From contig OZ245365.1 of NCBI GenBank assembly GCA_965226495.1, positions 4,256,001 through 4,320,000 of the forward strand: 64,000 bases of DNA, read 5' to 3'. The stretch is from Candidatus Marinacidobacterales bacterium (GTDB lineage: Bacteria; Acidobacteriota; Vicinamibacteria; Marinacidobacterales; DATDRI01). Below, piece after piece: positions 40,024 through 49,234 of this stretch; position 1 is the stretch's first letter, and every line of letters begins with the position of its first letter. The position numbers were made by a program, and so were the translations under genes. The notes under the pieces are model-generated. The model was not told the origin of the DNA, did not search any database, and saw nothing but the letters and a program-made list of their open reading frames with translations.

Positions 40024-40063
40024 TTGACATGTGATTTTGATGAAAGCATACTAATCACATGTC
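40024..40063 (+). promoter_or_regulatory. vapBC promoter with palindromic operator
   Basis: TTGACA-17-CATACT; perfect inverted repeat GACATGTGATT (40026-36) / AATCACATGTC (40053-63). Confidence 0.75.
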
Positions 40064-40289
40064 TACCATGATTCAGATACGCAACGTACCTGACAAGATC
40101 CACCGGACGCTCAAATCGCGGGCGGCACTGGCGGGGATGTCGATGTCGGAGTACATCCTTCAAGAGCTCAAGAAGTCACTGGAGCGGCCAACTCGCGAGG
40201 AACTGCTCGACCGGCTCGCGGCGTTGCCGGAGCCTAAGCTCCGTCCCTCGCCGGCCGAGTTGATCCGTGCCGAACGAGATCGGCGGTGA
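40059..40289 (+). CDS. vapB: FitA-like ribbon-helix-helix antitoxin
   Basis: IQIRNVPDKIHRTLKSRAALAGMSMSEY; overlaps the toxin start. Confidence 0.85.
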   Translation: MSTMIQIRNVPDKIHRTLKSRAALAGMSMSEYILQELKKSLERPTREELLDRLAALPEPKLRPSPAELIRAERDRR

Positions 40290-40681
40290 TCGTCCTCGAC
40301 GCCTCGGTAGCAGTGGAGCTCCTACTGAATACGCGGCTCGGCAAGAAACTGGCCAAGCGTCTTCGGTCTCCTGACGTGTCGCTCCATGCTCCCCACCTCA
40401 TCGATCTCGAAGTAGCGCAGACGCTTCGTAGATACGTTGCGGACCGCACGCTCGCCGAAGAAGAGGGTCGGCTCGCCTTGCAGCACCTCGCAATGCTTGA
40501 CCTGCACCGTTACCCACACGATTCCTTGCTTCGACGCATCTGGGGCTTGAGAGATAACTTGACCGCCTATGACGGAGCATACGTCGCTTTGGCCGAAGCG
40601 CTGGGAGCTACACTGGTGACTGCCGATGGCCGCCTGGCAAGAGCACCAGGGCTCAAGGCTGACGTCGAACTACTAAAGTGA
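40286..40681 (+). CDS. vapC: VapC PIN-domain toxin
   Basis: MIVLDASV, LEV, TAYDGAYVALAE, LVTADGRL. Confidence 0.92.
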   Translation: MIVLDASVAVELLLNTRLGKKLAKRLRSPDVSLHAPHLIDLEVAQTLRRYVADRTLAEEEGRLALQHLAMLDLHRYPHDSLLRRIWGLRDNLTAYDGAYVALAEALGATLVTADGRLARAPGLKADVELLK

Positions 40682-40727
40682 AAGGAAGACAATCTCGTCC
40701 GGGCGAGATTGCCGGGAAAAAAGCGGT

Positions 40728-41618
40728 TTAATTGCGGGGGGGATCCATGCCCAGCTCCGTTAGCATCCGGCGATTCTCCCGCCAATGCTCGCGCACCTTG
40801 ACATGAAGTCCGAGGTAGACGTGCGTGTTGAGGAATTGTTCCAGATCCACGCGGGCTGAGGAGCCGATCTTCTTCAGCATGCTGCCCTGTTTCCCCACCA
40901 GAATACCCTTCTGCGAGTCCCGTTCAACCAGAATGGAGGCCTCGATGCGAATGAGCTCTTCTCCGTCTTCCCACGAATCGATCCGTACCGCGGTCGCGTA
41001 GGGAACCTCCTCCCGTATGAAAAGGATTATCTTCTCGCGAACGATTTCGGAGGCGAAGAACCTCTCGGGCTGATCGGTCAACGTGTCCTCGGGAAAAAGA
41101 GGCGGCCCCTCCGGCAAGTGCTGTTCGAAGAGCTCGACTAGGCGGTCCACGTTGTCTCCGGTCAGGGCGGAGATGGGAACGATTTCGGTGAAGTCGTGGG
41201 ATTTCCGGTAGTTCTCTATGACCGGGAGCACATCCGTCTTCGGGACTTGATCCACTTTGTTAATGACCAAGAACAGTGGAACCCGGACCTTCTTCATGAG
41301 CTCTAGCACATATCGATCGCCACCGCCGAAAGACTGCGTAATGTCTATCATCAGAGCGACGAGATCCACACGGCTGAGGCTGGAGACGGCGCTTTTCACC
41401 ATCAGTCGGTTCATCTGATGCTGGGGCTTGTGGATGCCGGGGGTATCGAAGAACACGATCTGACCGCGGGACGTATTGGCGACGGCCAGAATGCGATTGC
41501 GAGTGGTTTGAGGTCTGGGAGTAACGATGGCGACCTTTTGGCCCACGACTCGATTGATGAGCGTGGACTTCCCGACGTTGGGGCGCCCGACGACACTAAC
41601 GAATCCGCTATGTGACAA
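40728..41618 (-). CDS. era: GTPase Era
   Basis: GRPNVGKST, PQTTR, DTPG, NKVD, KH domain. Confidence 0.97.
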   Translation of the reverse strand: MSHSGFVSVVGRPNVGKSTLINRVVGQKVAIVTPRPQTTRNRILAVANTSRGQIVFFDTPGIHKPQHQMNRLMVKSAVSSLSRVDLVALMIDITQSFGGGDRYVLELMKKVRVPLFLVINKVDQVPKTDVLPVIENYRKSHDFTEIVPISALTGDNVDRLVELFEQHLPEGPPLFPEDTLTDQPERFFASEIVREKIILFIREEVPYATAVRIDSWEDGEELIRIEASILVERDSQKGILVGKQGSMLKKIGSSARVDLEQFLNTHVYLGLHVKVREHWRENRRMLTELGMDPPRN

Positions 41619-41627
41619 CGAAAGATC

Positions 41628-42869
41628 TCACGCGGTCCCTTCCTGACGAAGGCGGATTCGAACCTTGTTGATTCTTTGACCCTCGGCGTCGACCACTTCG
41701 ATGGTCAGCCCCTGATAGTCGATCGCCTCCCCGGACTGCGGCACTCGGCCCAAAGCGGCAAGCACGAAGCCCGATACCGTATCGAAACCCTTTCCGTTGA
41801 CGTCGAGATCGAGCTTTTCCTTGAGCACATCGACATCGGCCCGGCCGCTCACCAAGAACACCCCGTCGCCCTCGCGTACGAACTCTTCCCCGACCTCCTC
41901 GTCGAACTCATCGTGAATCTCGCCCACGATCTCTTCGAGAATGTCCTCGACCGTCAGGAGCCCCGAGGTCCCCCCGTACTCGTCTACCACTATGGCGATA
42001 GTAGAACGGCTGCGCTGGAACTCTCGCAGTAAGTCGGAGACTTTCTTGGTCTCGGGTACGAATTTCACGGGTCGGATGAGTGAATCGATGGGTTCTTCCG
42101 CCGTTCCATCCGCGTAGGACAGGACGTCAATCGCATGAACGAGGCCCGCGATATGGTCCAAGTTTTCCTCGAAAACCGGAATCCGCGAATACTTCTCGTC
42201 CATGAATAGCTGACGAAGCTCAGCGAGATTGGCCTCACGGCGCACAGCCACCATTTCCGGACGAGGCGTCATGATCTCCCGAACGACCTTGTCGCCTAGA
42301 TCCACGATCGACTGCACCATGCGGCCCTCGTCCCCTTCGAGGATCCCTTCTTCCTCCCCGGTCTCGATGAAGGCCTGGACTTCCTCTTCGCTTACGCCCT
42401 CGTCCTCGGTTTCCTCCTCGTCCTGAACGAACGCCCGAACCAAGTGGGACAGAGGACGACTGATGGGCCAGATCATCGCGTGATAGATTCGAAACGCGGG
42501 AAGTAAGGCCAAAAGGACACGCTCCGGACTGCTCCGAGCGATAAAATTCGGCAACACCTCACGGAAAATCAAGTAAGCCGGCAGCATCGTCAAAAACGCC
42601 AGAACGAGTGCTTGTGCGGGGCTACGGTCGATGTAGAACTGAGTGAGCAAGACCGTTGCCGCGATGAGGCCGCCTTGGATACCGATGCGAAGCGGCAGCA
42701 AGAGCCGCATGGGATCTTCCAGGCAACGATCCAGAAACTCGGTCTTCCAACTTTCCTCGCCGTATTGCCGGATGGTGATCTTGCTGAAGTAGTGGAAGGC
42801 GACATCAATAGTAGACAAGAAGAGCGCCAAAATCAGAAGGCACGAGATCCCGGTCAGCGTCAGGTCCAT
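41628..42869 (-). CDS. Hemolysin/CorC family (CNNM-CBS-CorC) protein
   Basis: VREIMTPR, YSRIPV, FVPE, VVDEYGGTSGLLTVEDILEEIVGEI. Confidence 0.92.
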   Translation of the reverse strand: MDLTLTGISCLLILALFLSTIDVAFHYFSKITIRQYGEESWKTEFLDRCLEDPMRLLLPLRIGIQGGLIAATVLLTQFYIDRSPAQALVLAFLTMLPAYLIFREVLPNFIARSSPERVLLALLPAFRIYHAMIWPISRPLSHLVRAFVQDEEETEDEGVSEEEVQAFIETGEEEGILEGDEGRMVQSIVDLGDKVVREIMTPRPEMVAVRREANLAELRQLFMDEKYSRIPVFEENLDHIAGLVHAIDVLSYADGTAEEPIDSLIRPVKFVPETKKVSDLLREFQRSRSTIAIVVDEYGGTSGLLTVEDILEEIVGEIHDEFDEEVGEEFVREGDGVFLVSGRADVDVLKEKLDLDVNGKGFDTVSGFVLAALGRVPQSGEAIDYQGLTIEVVDAEGQRINKVRIRLRQEGTA

Positions 42870-42884
42870 CGCTCTCTCAGCATC

Positions 42885-43328
42885 TTAACGGCTCGCTCGA
42901 CGGTGTGTAATCCCGTACTTCCGTCTCATGCGGTACTCGATCCGTCTCATCTCTCCATGGTCGGACTCGTGATCGTATCCGAGTAAATGAAGTAATCCGT
43001 GCAGTGCAAGAACTCGTAGCTCGCGCGGCAGTGTCGATCCTCGCCGGCGAGCCTGCCGGCGGGCGGTCTCTACCGAGATCACAATGTCACCGAGGTAGTC
43101 CGCTTCGTCGGAGAAATCTCCATCGCGAGCGGGAAAGGACAAAACGTCGGTCGATCGATCGTAGCCACGGAACGTGCGGTTGAGATGCCGCATCCGCTCA
43201 TCTCCCACCAGGACGAGGCTTGCGGAGGCTCCGGCAGGGGCCACTTCTCCTGCTACCTGGCTGAGAAACGTGCGGAGCGGACGGCCGTCGACTTTTATTC
43301 GACGTTGAAGATTCTTGAGGAGCAGCAT
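42885..43328 (-). CDS. ybeY: rRNA maturation endoribonuclease YbeY
   Basis: LNRTFRG..TDVLSF, LGDIVIS, HGLLHLLGYDH. Confidence 0.95.
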   Translation of the reverse strand: MLLLKNLQRRIKVDGRPLRTFLSQVAGEVAPAGASASLVLVGDERMRHLNRTFRGYDRSTDVLSFPARDGDFSDEADYLGDIVISVETARRQARRRGSTLPRELRVLALHGLLHLLGYDHESDHGEMRRIEYRMRRKYGITHRRASR

Positions 43329-43429
43329 AGGCGTCCCGTTGCGTGATGTCGTGGACCGGGCATGCGGTTTCGTTATTGGATGTCCGATCTCGGGGGCCTT
43401 GGGGGCCTGGTCCGGCTCTCCGCTGGTAC

Positions 43430-45742
43430 TCATCGGCTATCTTGAACCACTACCGGCTCGACTCGCTTTTCGAAGTCGAAGCCTGGGTAGCTCACCCGAT
43501 GGTGGTAGATACCCATGAGCACCCGCAGGAAGCTCTGCGAGATTCCTTCCAAGTCACGCAGGGTCAGATCACATTCATCGAGCTGCCCATCAAGGAAGAT
43601 GTAGTCGATGATCTGACGGATTACACCCTTGAGACGAGCGGGGCTCGGATCTTCGAGAGTTCTCGATGCCGCCTCTACCGCGTCGGCGATCATAATAATG
43701 CCGGCTTCCTTCGTCTGCGGCTTGGGTCCTGGGTAGCGAAACTCCGCCTCCATCACTTCGCCAAGCGCGGGATCGTGGCTTTCCTTCGCCTTCTCATAGA
43801 AGTAAGTGATGAGCTTGGTGCCGTGATGTTGGGGGATGATATCAACGATCTCGGGGGGAAGATGCATCTCCTTCCCCATCTCGACGCCTTCCTTCACGTG
43901 GCTGGCGATAATGAGCGCGCTCATTTGGGGCGAGAGTCGATCGTGTCGATTGGCTCCTCCGTACTGGTTTTCTACAAAATAGTCCACTTTACGAAGTTTG
44001 CCGATATCATGGTACAGAGCGGCCGTGCGGCAGAAGACGGCGTTTGCTCCAATCGACTCCGCCGCAGACTCGGCTAACGATCCTACCACCACGCTGTGGT
44101 GGTAGGTGCCCGGCGCCTCGAGAGCCAGTTTTCGCAGTATCGGAATGTTGTTGTTCGAAAGCTCGAGGAGCTTGATGTCCGTGGTGCGATCGAAAAGCGA
44201 TTCAAGCGCGGGCAGCACGAACGAAACGACAATCGCCACTCCGGCGCCACTAAGAAGAGCGCAAAGCAGATCGAAACCGAAAGTGGCGACCGGTTCGAAA
44301 CGCTCGGAGAGAAGATCGATGCCGAGCACGATCACCAGATTGACGCTGCCGACAAAGGCACCGGTTTTGATGAGCGCCGTCCGTTGCTTGTACTGAACCA
44401 TCCCCAGGATTGCCCCGAGGCAAGACAGAAGGCTGAAGACACCGAGCTGCAGATTTCCCGTCATGAGTCCATGTGCGACGGAAAAAACCACCGAAGCGAC
44501 CAGCGCGGTAGAGGCGTTCTCTAGAAGTGAGATGAGGACGGCTACCGCGGCGAGCGGAACCAGGTACTGGTAGGAGGAAACGTTGTTGAACGGTGGCGTG
44601 ACGATCTGCTCCCCCACCGTGCTGAATACGAAGAACAACACTCTCGCTAAGGCGAGTTGAAAGACGATGACCAACCCGACCAAAGCAAAGCTCCGGCGCT
44701 TCCAGGAAAGGGTAGGACGGACGGGCCTCAAGAGCTGCCAGAGGCAGTAGAACAGGATTGCGGATAGGATGAAGGCCCCGACGACCCCCGCCAACTGCCA
44801 CCTCTCACCCGCAGCGTCAGAAAGAACTTCGAGCTGCCGCAACACGCCCTCATCGATCTCATCACCCGCCCGAACGATGGCCCTTCCTTTCCTAATGTGG
44901 AAAAAAACAGGCGCCACTTCCTCTCTGGCCGTTCTTCGGAGCTCTTGGGTCTCTGCGAAATTGAAAGTCAGCGTTGGCTGGATGAACAGTGCGCCCAATC
45001 GTGCAACTCTCTTTCGCAGCGTCGGCTCGAGATCCGTAAGAAGGGCCGCCCGTTCCTCTAACTGTTGCTGCGCCTGGTCAACCGTGAAGACTCGAGAAAA
45101 ATCCCGTACAAGGGTCCCGGTATCCGATATCTCGTCCCGACGCGTGATCGGCTGACCCGCCGCGAGCAACCGGTCTTTACTCTCAACGATTTCCCTTTGA
45201 AGCATGTTGGCAACGATGTCCCCCAGCGCTTGCTCGATCTCGGGGCTAAACACTTGCTCGAGTAAGAAGGTGAAATCTGCTTCGGTCAACGGGACTTCGA
45301 AGGCCGCTCGGACATCGTTGAACAGCGCTGAAAGCACCGCTTCCTCGGGGGATTTTTCCTCTTCGAGCCCCCGACCTAGCTCGAAACCCGTCGCAATTTC
45401 CGTTCTCGCAGAAATGGCGGCCCGGTTATTGAAGTCGTAGACCTCGGGCACCTCCGCCTCGGCCTCATCGCGGCGCGCACGGGTCGTGTCCTCGTCCTCG
45501 TAGCTGAAGTCGTACGGCGCCTTCAGATCGACCGTGGCAATCGTCCCCGGCTCGTAACGGGGCGGCCGAACACTCAGACCGGGAGCGATGAGGAGGGTGA
45601 GCAGGATGCTGAACCCCAAGCCCCACGGTAAGGGTGAAGAAAAAACGAGCTCTAGCAGCTCGCGGCGGCGGAACCGACCCTTCGGGCGGCGAGCCTCTTT
45701 CTTCGGACCGTTCTCTCCGTTCTTGGGGTTCAGAGCAGGCAC
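43430..45742 (-). CDS. 7TM-HD phosphohydrolase (PgpH-like)
   Basis: Extracellular domain, TM bundle, APGTYHHS, YHDIGK, HHGT, FRYPGPKPQ, ADAVEAA. Start uncertain (GTG 45742). Confidence 0.9.
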   Translation of the reverse strand: MPALNPKNGENGPKKEARRPKGRFRRRELLELVFSSPLPWGLGFSILLTLLIAPGLSVRPPRYEPGTIATVDLKAPYDFSYEDEDTTRARRDEAEAEVPEVYDFNNRAAISARTEIATGFELGRGLEEEKSPEEAVLSALFNDVRAAFEVPLTEADFTFLLEQVFSPEIEQALGDIVANMLQREIVESKDRLLAAGQPITRRDEISDTGTLVRDFSRVFTVDQAQQQLEERAALLTDLEPTLRKRVARLGALFIQPTLTFNFAETQELRRTAREEVAPVFFHIRKGRAIVRAGDEIDEGVLRQLEVLSDAAGERWQLAGVVGAFILSAILFYCLWQLLRPVRPTLSWKRRSFALVGLVIVFQLALARVLFFVFSTVGEQIVTPPFNNVSSYQYLVPLAAVAVLISLLENASTALVASVVFSVAHGLMTGNLQLGVFSLLSCLGAILGMVQYKQRTALIKTGAFVGSVNLVIVLGIDLLSERFEPVATFGFDLLCALLSGAGVAIVVSFVLPALESLFDRTTDIKLLELSNNNIPILRKLALEAPGTYHHSVVVGSLAESAAESIGANAVFCRTAALYHDIGKLRKVDYFVENQYGGANRHDRLSPQMSALIIASHVKEGVEMGKEMHLPPEIVDIIPQHHGTKLITYFYEKAKESHDPALGEVMEAEFRYPGPKPQTKEAGIIMIADAVEAASRTLEDPSPARLKGVIRQIIDYIFLDGQLDECDLTLRDLEGISQSFLRVLMGIYHHRVSYPGFDFEKRVEPVVVQDSR

Positions 45743-45761
45743 TCTATCAATTCCCTTCTCG

Positions 45762-46760
45762 CTACCTTGGATCTTCGACCGGCTCTGGAGTGGGGCGGTT
45801 CGACGGCTGTTTGGCCTTACCGTTGGTGTGACGCTCATAGGCCAAGATGATCGATTGAACCAAACGGTGACGGACAACGTCGGTCTCGTCGAAGTAGGCG
45901 AAGACGATACCGGTGATGTCAGAGATGATATCGATGGACTCCACTAGCCCGCTGGTCTTCCCAGGCGGGAGATCGATTTGGGTGATGTCGCCGGTCACTA
46001 CCGCTTTGGAGCCAAACCCGATGCGAGTCAAGAACATTTTCATTTGTTCTGACGTGGTGTTTTGTGCTTCATCCAAAATAATAAAAGAATCGTTGAGCGT
46101 GCGACCTCGCATGAAGGCGATGGGCGCAATCTCGATCGACCCTCGTTCGATCAGGCGGAGTACGCGCTCGGCATCCATGAGATCGTAGAGAGCATCGTAG
46201 AGGGGACGCAGGTACGGATTGATCTTCTCTTGGATATCACCCGGGAGAAAGCCCAGCCTCTCTCCCGCTTCCACCGCCGGACGCGCGAGAATGATTCGGT
46301 TGACCCGCTTTTGGTTGAACGCAGCGACGGCCATCGCGACGGCTAGATAGGTCTTGCCGGTTCCGGCAGGCCCGATGCCCATGACGATGTCATTCGATTC
46401 AATAGCCTGCAGGTATCGAAGCTGGTTGGCACTTCGCGGGATGACCGTCTTATTCGTCGAGGGGTGAGCGATTCTGCTCCCGAAGAACTCGCGGAGAGAA
46501 ACCTGCGGATCTTCCTTTATCAATCTGAGTGCGATTCGAAAGTCGCCCGAGGCAACCTTGTGACCTTCCTCGATCAAACCCGAGAATTGTTTAAAGATGT
46601 TCTCCACGAAATCGACTTGTTCGGGCTCGCCATCAACCATGAGTTCATGGCCCCGAGCCACAATCTTGACGTTCAGAGCGTTCTCGATGGATTTCAGGTT
46701 CTCGTCTTGAGTACCAAAAAGCGCGAGGGTTCCTTCCCCTGGGATGGTGACTTTCTTCAT
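45762..46760 (-). CDS. phoH: PhoH family ATPase
   Basis: [35 protein letters not shown]. Confidence 0.96.
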   Translation of the reverse strand: MKKVTIPGEGTLALFGTQDENLKSIENALNVKIVARGHELMVDGEPEQVDFVENIFKQFSGLIEEGHKVASGDFRIALRLIKEDPQVSLREFFGSRIAHPSTNKTVIPRSANQLRYLQAIESNDIVMGIGPAGTGKTYLAVAMAVAAFNQKRVNRIILARPAVEAGERLGFLPGDIQEKINPYLRPLYDALYDLMDAERVLRLIERGSIEIAPIAFMRGRTLNDSFIILDEAQNTTSEQMKMFLTRIGFGSKAVVTGDITQIDLPPGKTSGLVESIDIISDITGIVFAYFDETDVVRHRLVQSIILAYERHTNGKAKQPSNRPTPEPVEDPR

Positions 46761-46954
46761 ACGGTGAGCGGCATTACCACCTTGCAGAATACTCCTTTGG
46801 GGACGGGGCTGCCTCCCGTCTAGACGGCACGATTCTTCCCTAAATTAGGCCAAAATTAGGCAATGGGAAATTCAAGAGGCCGGGAAGTGTGGAAAGAAAG
46901 GGCCAGAACGGGACAACCAAGAGCCCGATTAAGGTGAATCATCTCCTGAAAAAG

Positions 46955-46984
46955 ATGCTAGCACGGGCATCTAAACCCCGTCAA
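46955..46984 (-). promoter_or_regulatory. Putative sigma70 promoter of the phoH operon
   Basis: Minus strand TTGACG, 18-nt spacer ending TGC, then TAGCAT. Confidence 0.45.
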
Positions 46985-47027
46985 ATAGCCCTGAAGATCG
47001 GGACAGCGACTGGGCTGTGAACGGTAG

Positions 47028-47097
47028 GTAAATCGGGGACAGGCAGCCCTTTTCCGCTTGAGCTAGAAGACGAAGAGGGTGCCAGTCCCCAATTTAC
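47028..47097. repeat. Inverted-repeat REP-like element
   Basis: GTAAATCGGGGACAGGCAGCCCT ... AGGGTGCCAGTCCCCAATTTAC. Confidence 0.6.
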
Positions 47098-47106
47098 AGG
47101 TCTCCA

Positions 47107-49218
47107 CTAGGCCTTGTAGATGTTACACATGAGCCCTTTGAGGTTGGTTGCACCCATCCCAGGGTCGAGGGGCGGCCCATCCATCGTCAGGACATTAATA
47201 TTGGATTCCTTCCAGCCGTAGTCGGGAGGGCCGGCCTCCGGATACCACCACCCGTACTCCGCGCTGACGACTCTCGGGTGAATCCCGTCGAAAAGCTTCG
47301 CCCGGAACTTGACCTTACCTCTCGGCGATTCGATGTACACCCAGTCTCCATCGCGGATCTTCCTTTCGCTGGCTGCATCGGGGTGGATCTCCACTAGCGG
47401 GTCTCGATGCTTCTTCCTCAAGTACTCGGACTGTCTATGCTCCGACCCGAAGAACTCGAAGATCCGGTGTCCGGTGGTAAGTACTAGCGGGTACTGCGAA
47501 ACGAATTCCGCATCCGCGTTTGGGCTCTCGGGAGGCTCTACGTAGTCCGGCAACGGGTCGTATCCCCACTCCTCGTATTGCTTGAGATAGAGCTCCAGTT
47601 TCCCAGAGGTGGTCCGGAAACCGTCCCGCTCATGTTTCCTATACGTCATCGGCGACCCGAGATACGGCATCTGTTTGAACTGTTTCCACGTGAGGCCGGC
47701 GGGCTCGAGGATGTAGTCGAACGAGCCTTCGACGTCGTCCCAAAAGAACTCTTCGAAACCTAGCTTCTTTCCCAACTCATTCAGAATTTTATGATCGGAC
47801 CAAGCTTCACCTCGTGGCTCCACTACCTTGTTGCGGGGGAAGACATGACCGTGGATCTTCCAATAATCCGCGATATTGTCGTGCTCTAGCCAAGTAGCCG
47901 CAGGAAGCACGATGTCCGCAAGCTCGGTCGTGGGTGTCCTGAAGATGTCGGTGGCGACGAAGAACTCTACCTTTTGCAGGGCATCGTAGACACGGTACGC
48001 GTTTTCCCTCGCCGTCAGGAGATTGCTGGCGAACATCACCAAAGCGCGAACTTTGTACGGTTGTTCTTCGAGTATCGCGTCCCAGACCACATGAGGCGTA
48101 ATCCGGCTGATGTAGGCGCCGAGCTTGTAGCGATCGCCGCCCAACATCTTGGCTTTTTGCGTCTCTGGGAGTTTGTCGAAGAAGGAAAAAGTGGCGCGGG
48201 GAAGGACCGGAGGAAGACCGAAGATGGCGTTGCCACCGGGGACGTCCAGGTTGCCGGTGAGCGCGACCATATATAGCAGCGCCCGATCGGCGTCGACGCA
48301 ATTGACGTTCTGCTCGATCCCAACGCCCCATTGAAGGGCTGCCGGCTTGGTCGTGGCGTAGAGTCGCGCCGCCTCGATGATCTTCGACGTCGGGACCCAT
48401 GTGATCCTTTCCACCTCCTCCGGCGGGAATCGCTCGACCCTCTTGGAAAGCTCTTCGAAACCCACGGTGTACTTCTCAACGAACTCGCGGTCGTATAAGC
48501 CCTCCTTGATAATGACGTGGAGCATGCCGAGCGCCAGTGCCGAATCGGTGGCGGGGCGAATTTGAAGCCAGAGATCGGCGCGCTCGGCCAAACTGTTCCT
48601 TCGGGGATCGACGACGATGAGCTTGGCGCCTTTGGCCAACGTGTTAGCCATGTTGATCGCCTTGTTCTCGTCAGGGTTCGAGATCAAATGGTTGCTTCCC
48701 CACGCGAGCACGCACTGGGGGTCGCCGCCATAGTCACAAAGCGGAAGCTCCGTCCCCATGACTCGTGATATCGCGACTCTCGGGATGTAGCACATGTGGC
48801 CGGGAGACATGATGTTCGGGGTCCCGTAGAGATTGGCCAAGCGATAGAGAAAACGGTGGAAGTCCCGCCCGGTTCCATGCCCGAAGACGGTGGCCTCGGC
48901 GCCCGATTCTGTCTTGACCTGGTCGAGTTTCTCCGCGATACCGGTGAGAGCTTCGTCCCAGGAGATACGCTCCCACTTCCCTTCTCCTCTCGCCCCGGCG
49001 CGCTTCATCGGGTGAAGCAATCGGTCCGGGTGCTCCTGAAGCTCGAAGGACGCGTACGCCTTGCTACACGTATAGCCTTTGCTGATGGGATGCTCCCAAT
49101 CGGGCTCGAGTCCGACCGCCTTTCCGTCGTGGACCTTCACATAGACACCGCAACCCCCATGACCGCAGGAGCGGCAAACCGTGCGTACTTTCGAAGAGCC
49201 CTTATCCATTGAGTTCAC
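47107..49218 (-). CDS. Mo/W-bisPGD oxidoreductase, acetylene-hydratase-like
   Basis: CRSCGHGGC...C Fe-S motif, ISWDEAL, IRPATDSALALG, ADIVLPA, C-terminal molydop-binding domain; no Tat signal. Confidence 0.85.
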   Translation of the reverse strand: MNSMDKGSSKVRTVCRSCGHGGCGVYVKVHDGKAVGLEPDWEHPISKGYTCSKAYASFELQEHPDRLLHPMKRAGARGEGKWERISWDEALTGIAEKLDQVKTESGAEATVFGHGTGRDFHRFLYRLANLYGTPNIMSPGHMCYIPRVAISRVMGTELPLCDYGGDPQCVLAWGSNHLISNPDENKAINMANTLAKGAKLIVVDPRRNSLAERADLWLQIRPATDSALALGMLHVIIKEGLYDREFVEKYTVGFEELSKRVERFPPEEVERITWVPTSKIIEAARLYATTKPAALQWGVGIEQNVNCVDADRALLYMVALTGNLDVPGGNAIFGLPPVLPRATFSFFDKLPETQKAKMLGGDRYKLGAYISRITPHVVWDAILEEQPYKVRALVMFASNLLTARENAYRVYDALQKVEFFVATDIFRTPTTELADIVLPAATWLEHDNIADYWKIHGHVFPRNKVVEPRGEAWSDHKILNELGKKLGFEEFFWDDVEGSFDYILEPAGLTWKQFKQMPYLGSPMTYRKHERDGFRTTSGKLELYLKQYEEWGYDPLPDYVEPPESPNADAEFVSQYPLVLTTGHRIFEFFGSEHRQSEYLRKKHRDPLVEIHPDAASERKIRDGDWVYIESPRGKVKFRAKLFDGIHPRVVSAEYGWWYPEAGPPDYGWKESNINVLTMDGPPLDPGMGATNLKGLMCNIYKA

Positions 49219-49234
49219 TCGTCGTCACTGGTCA

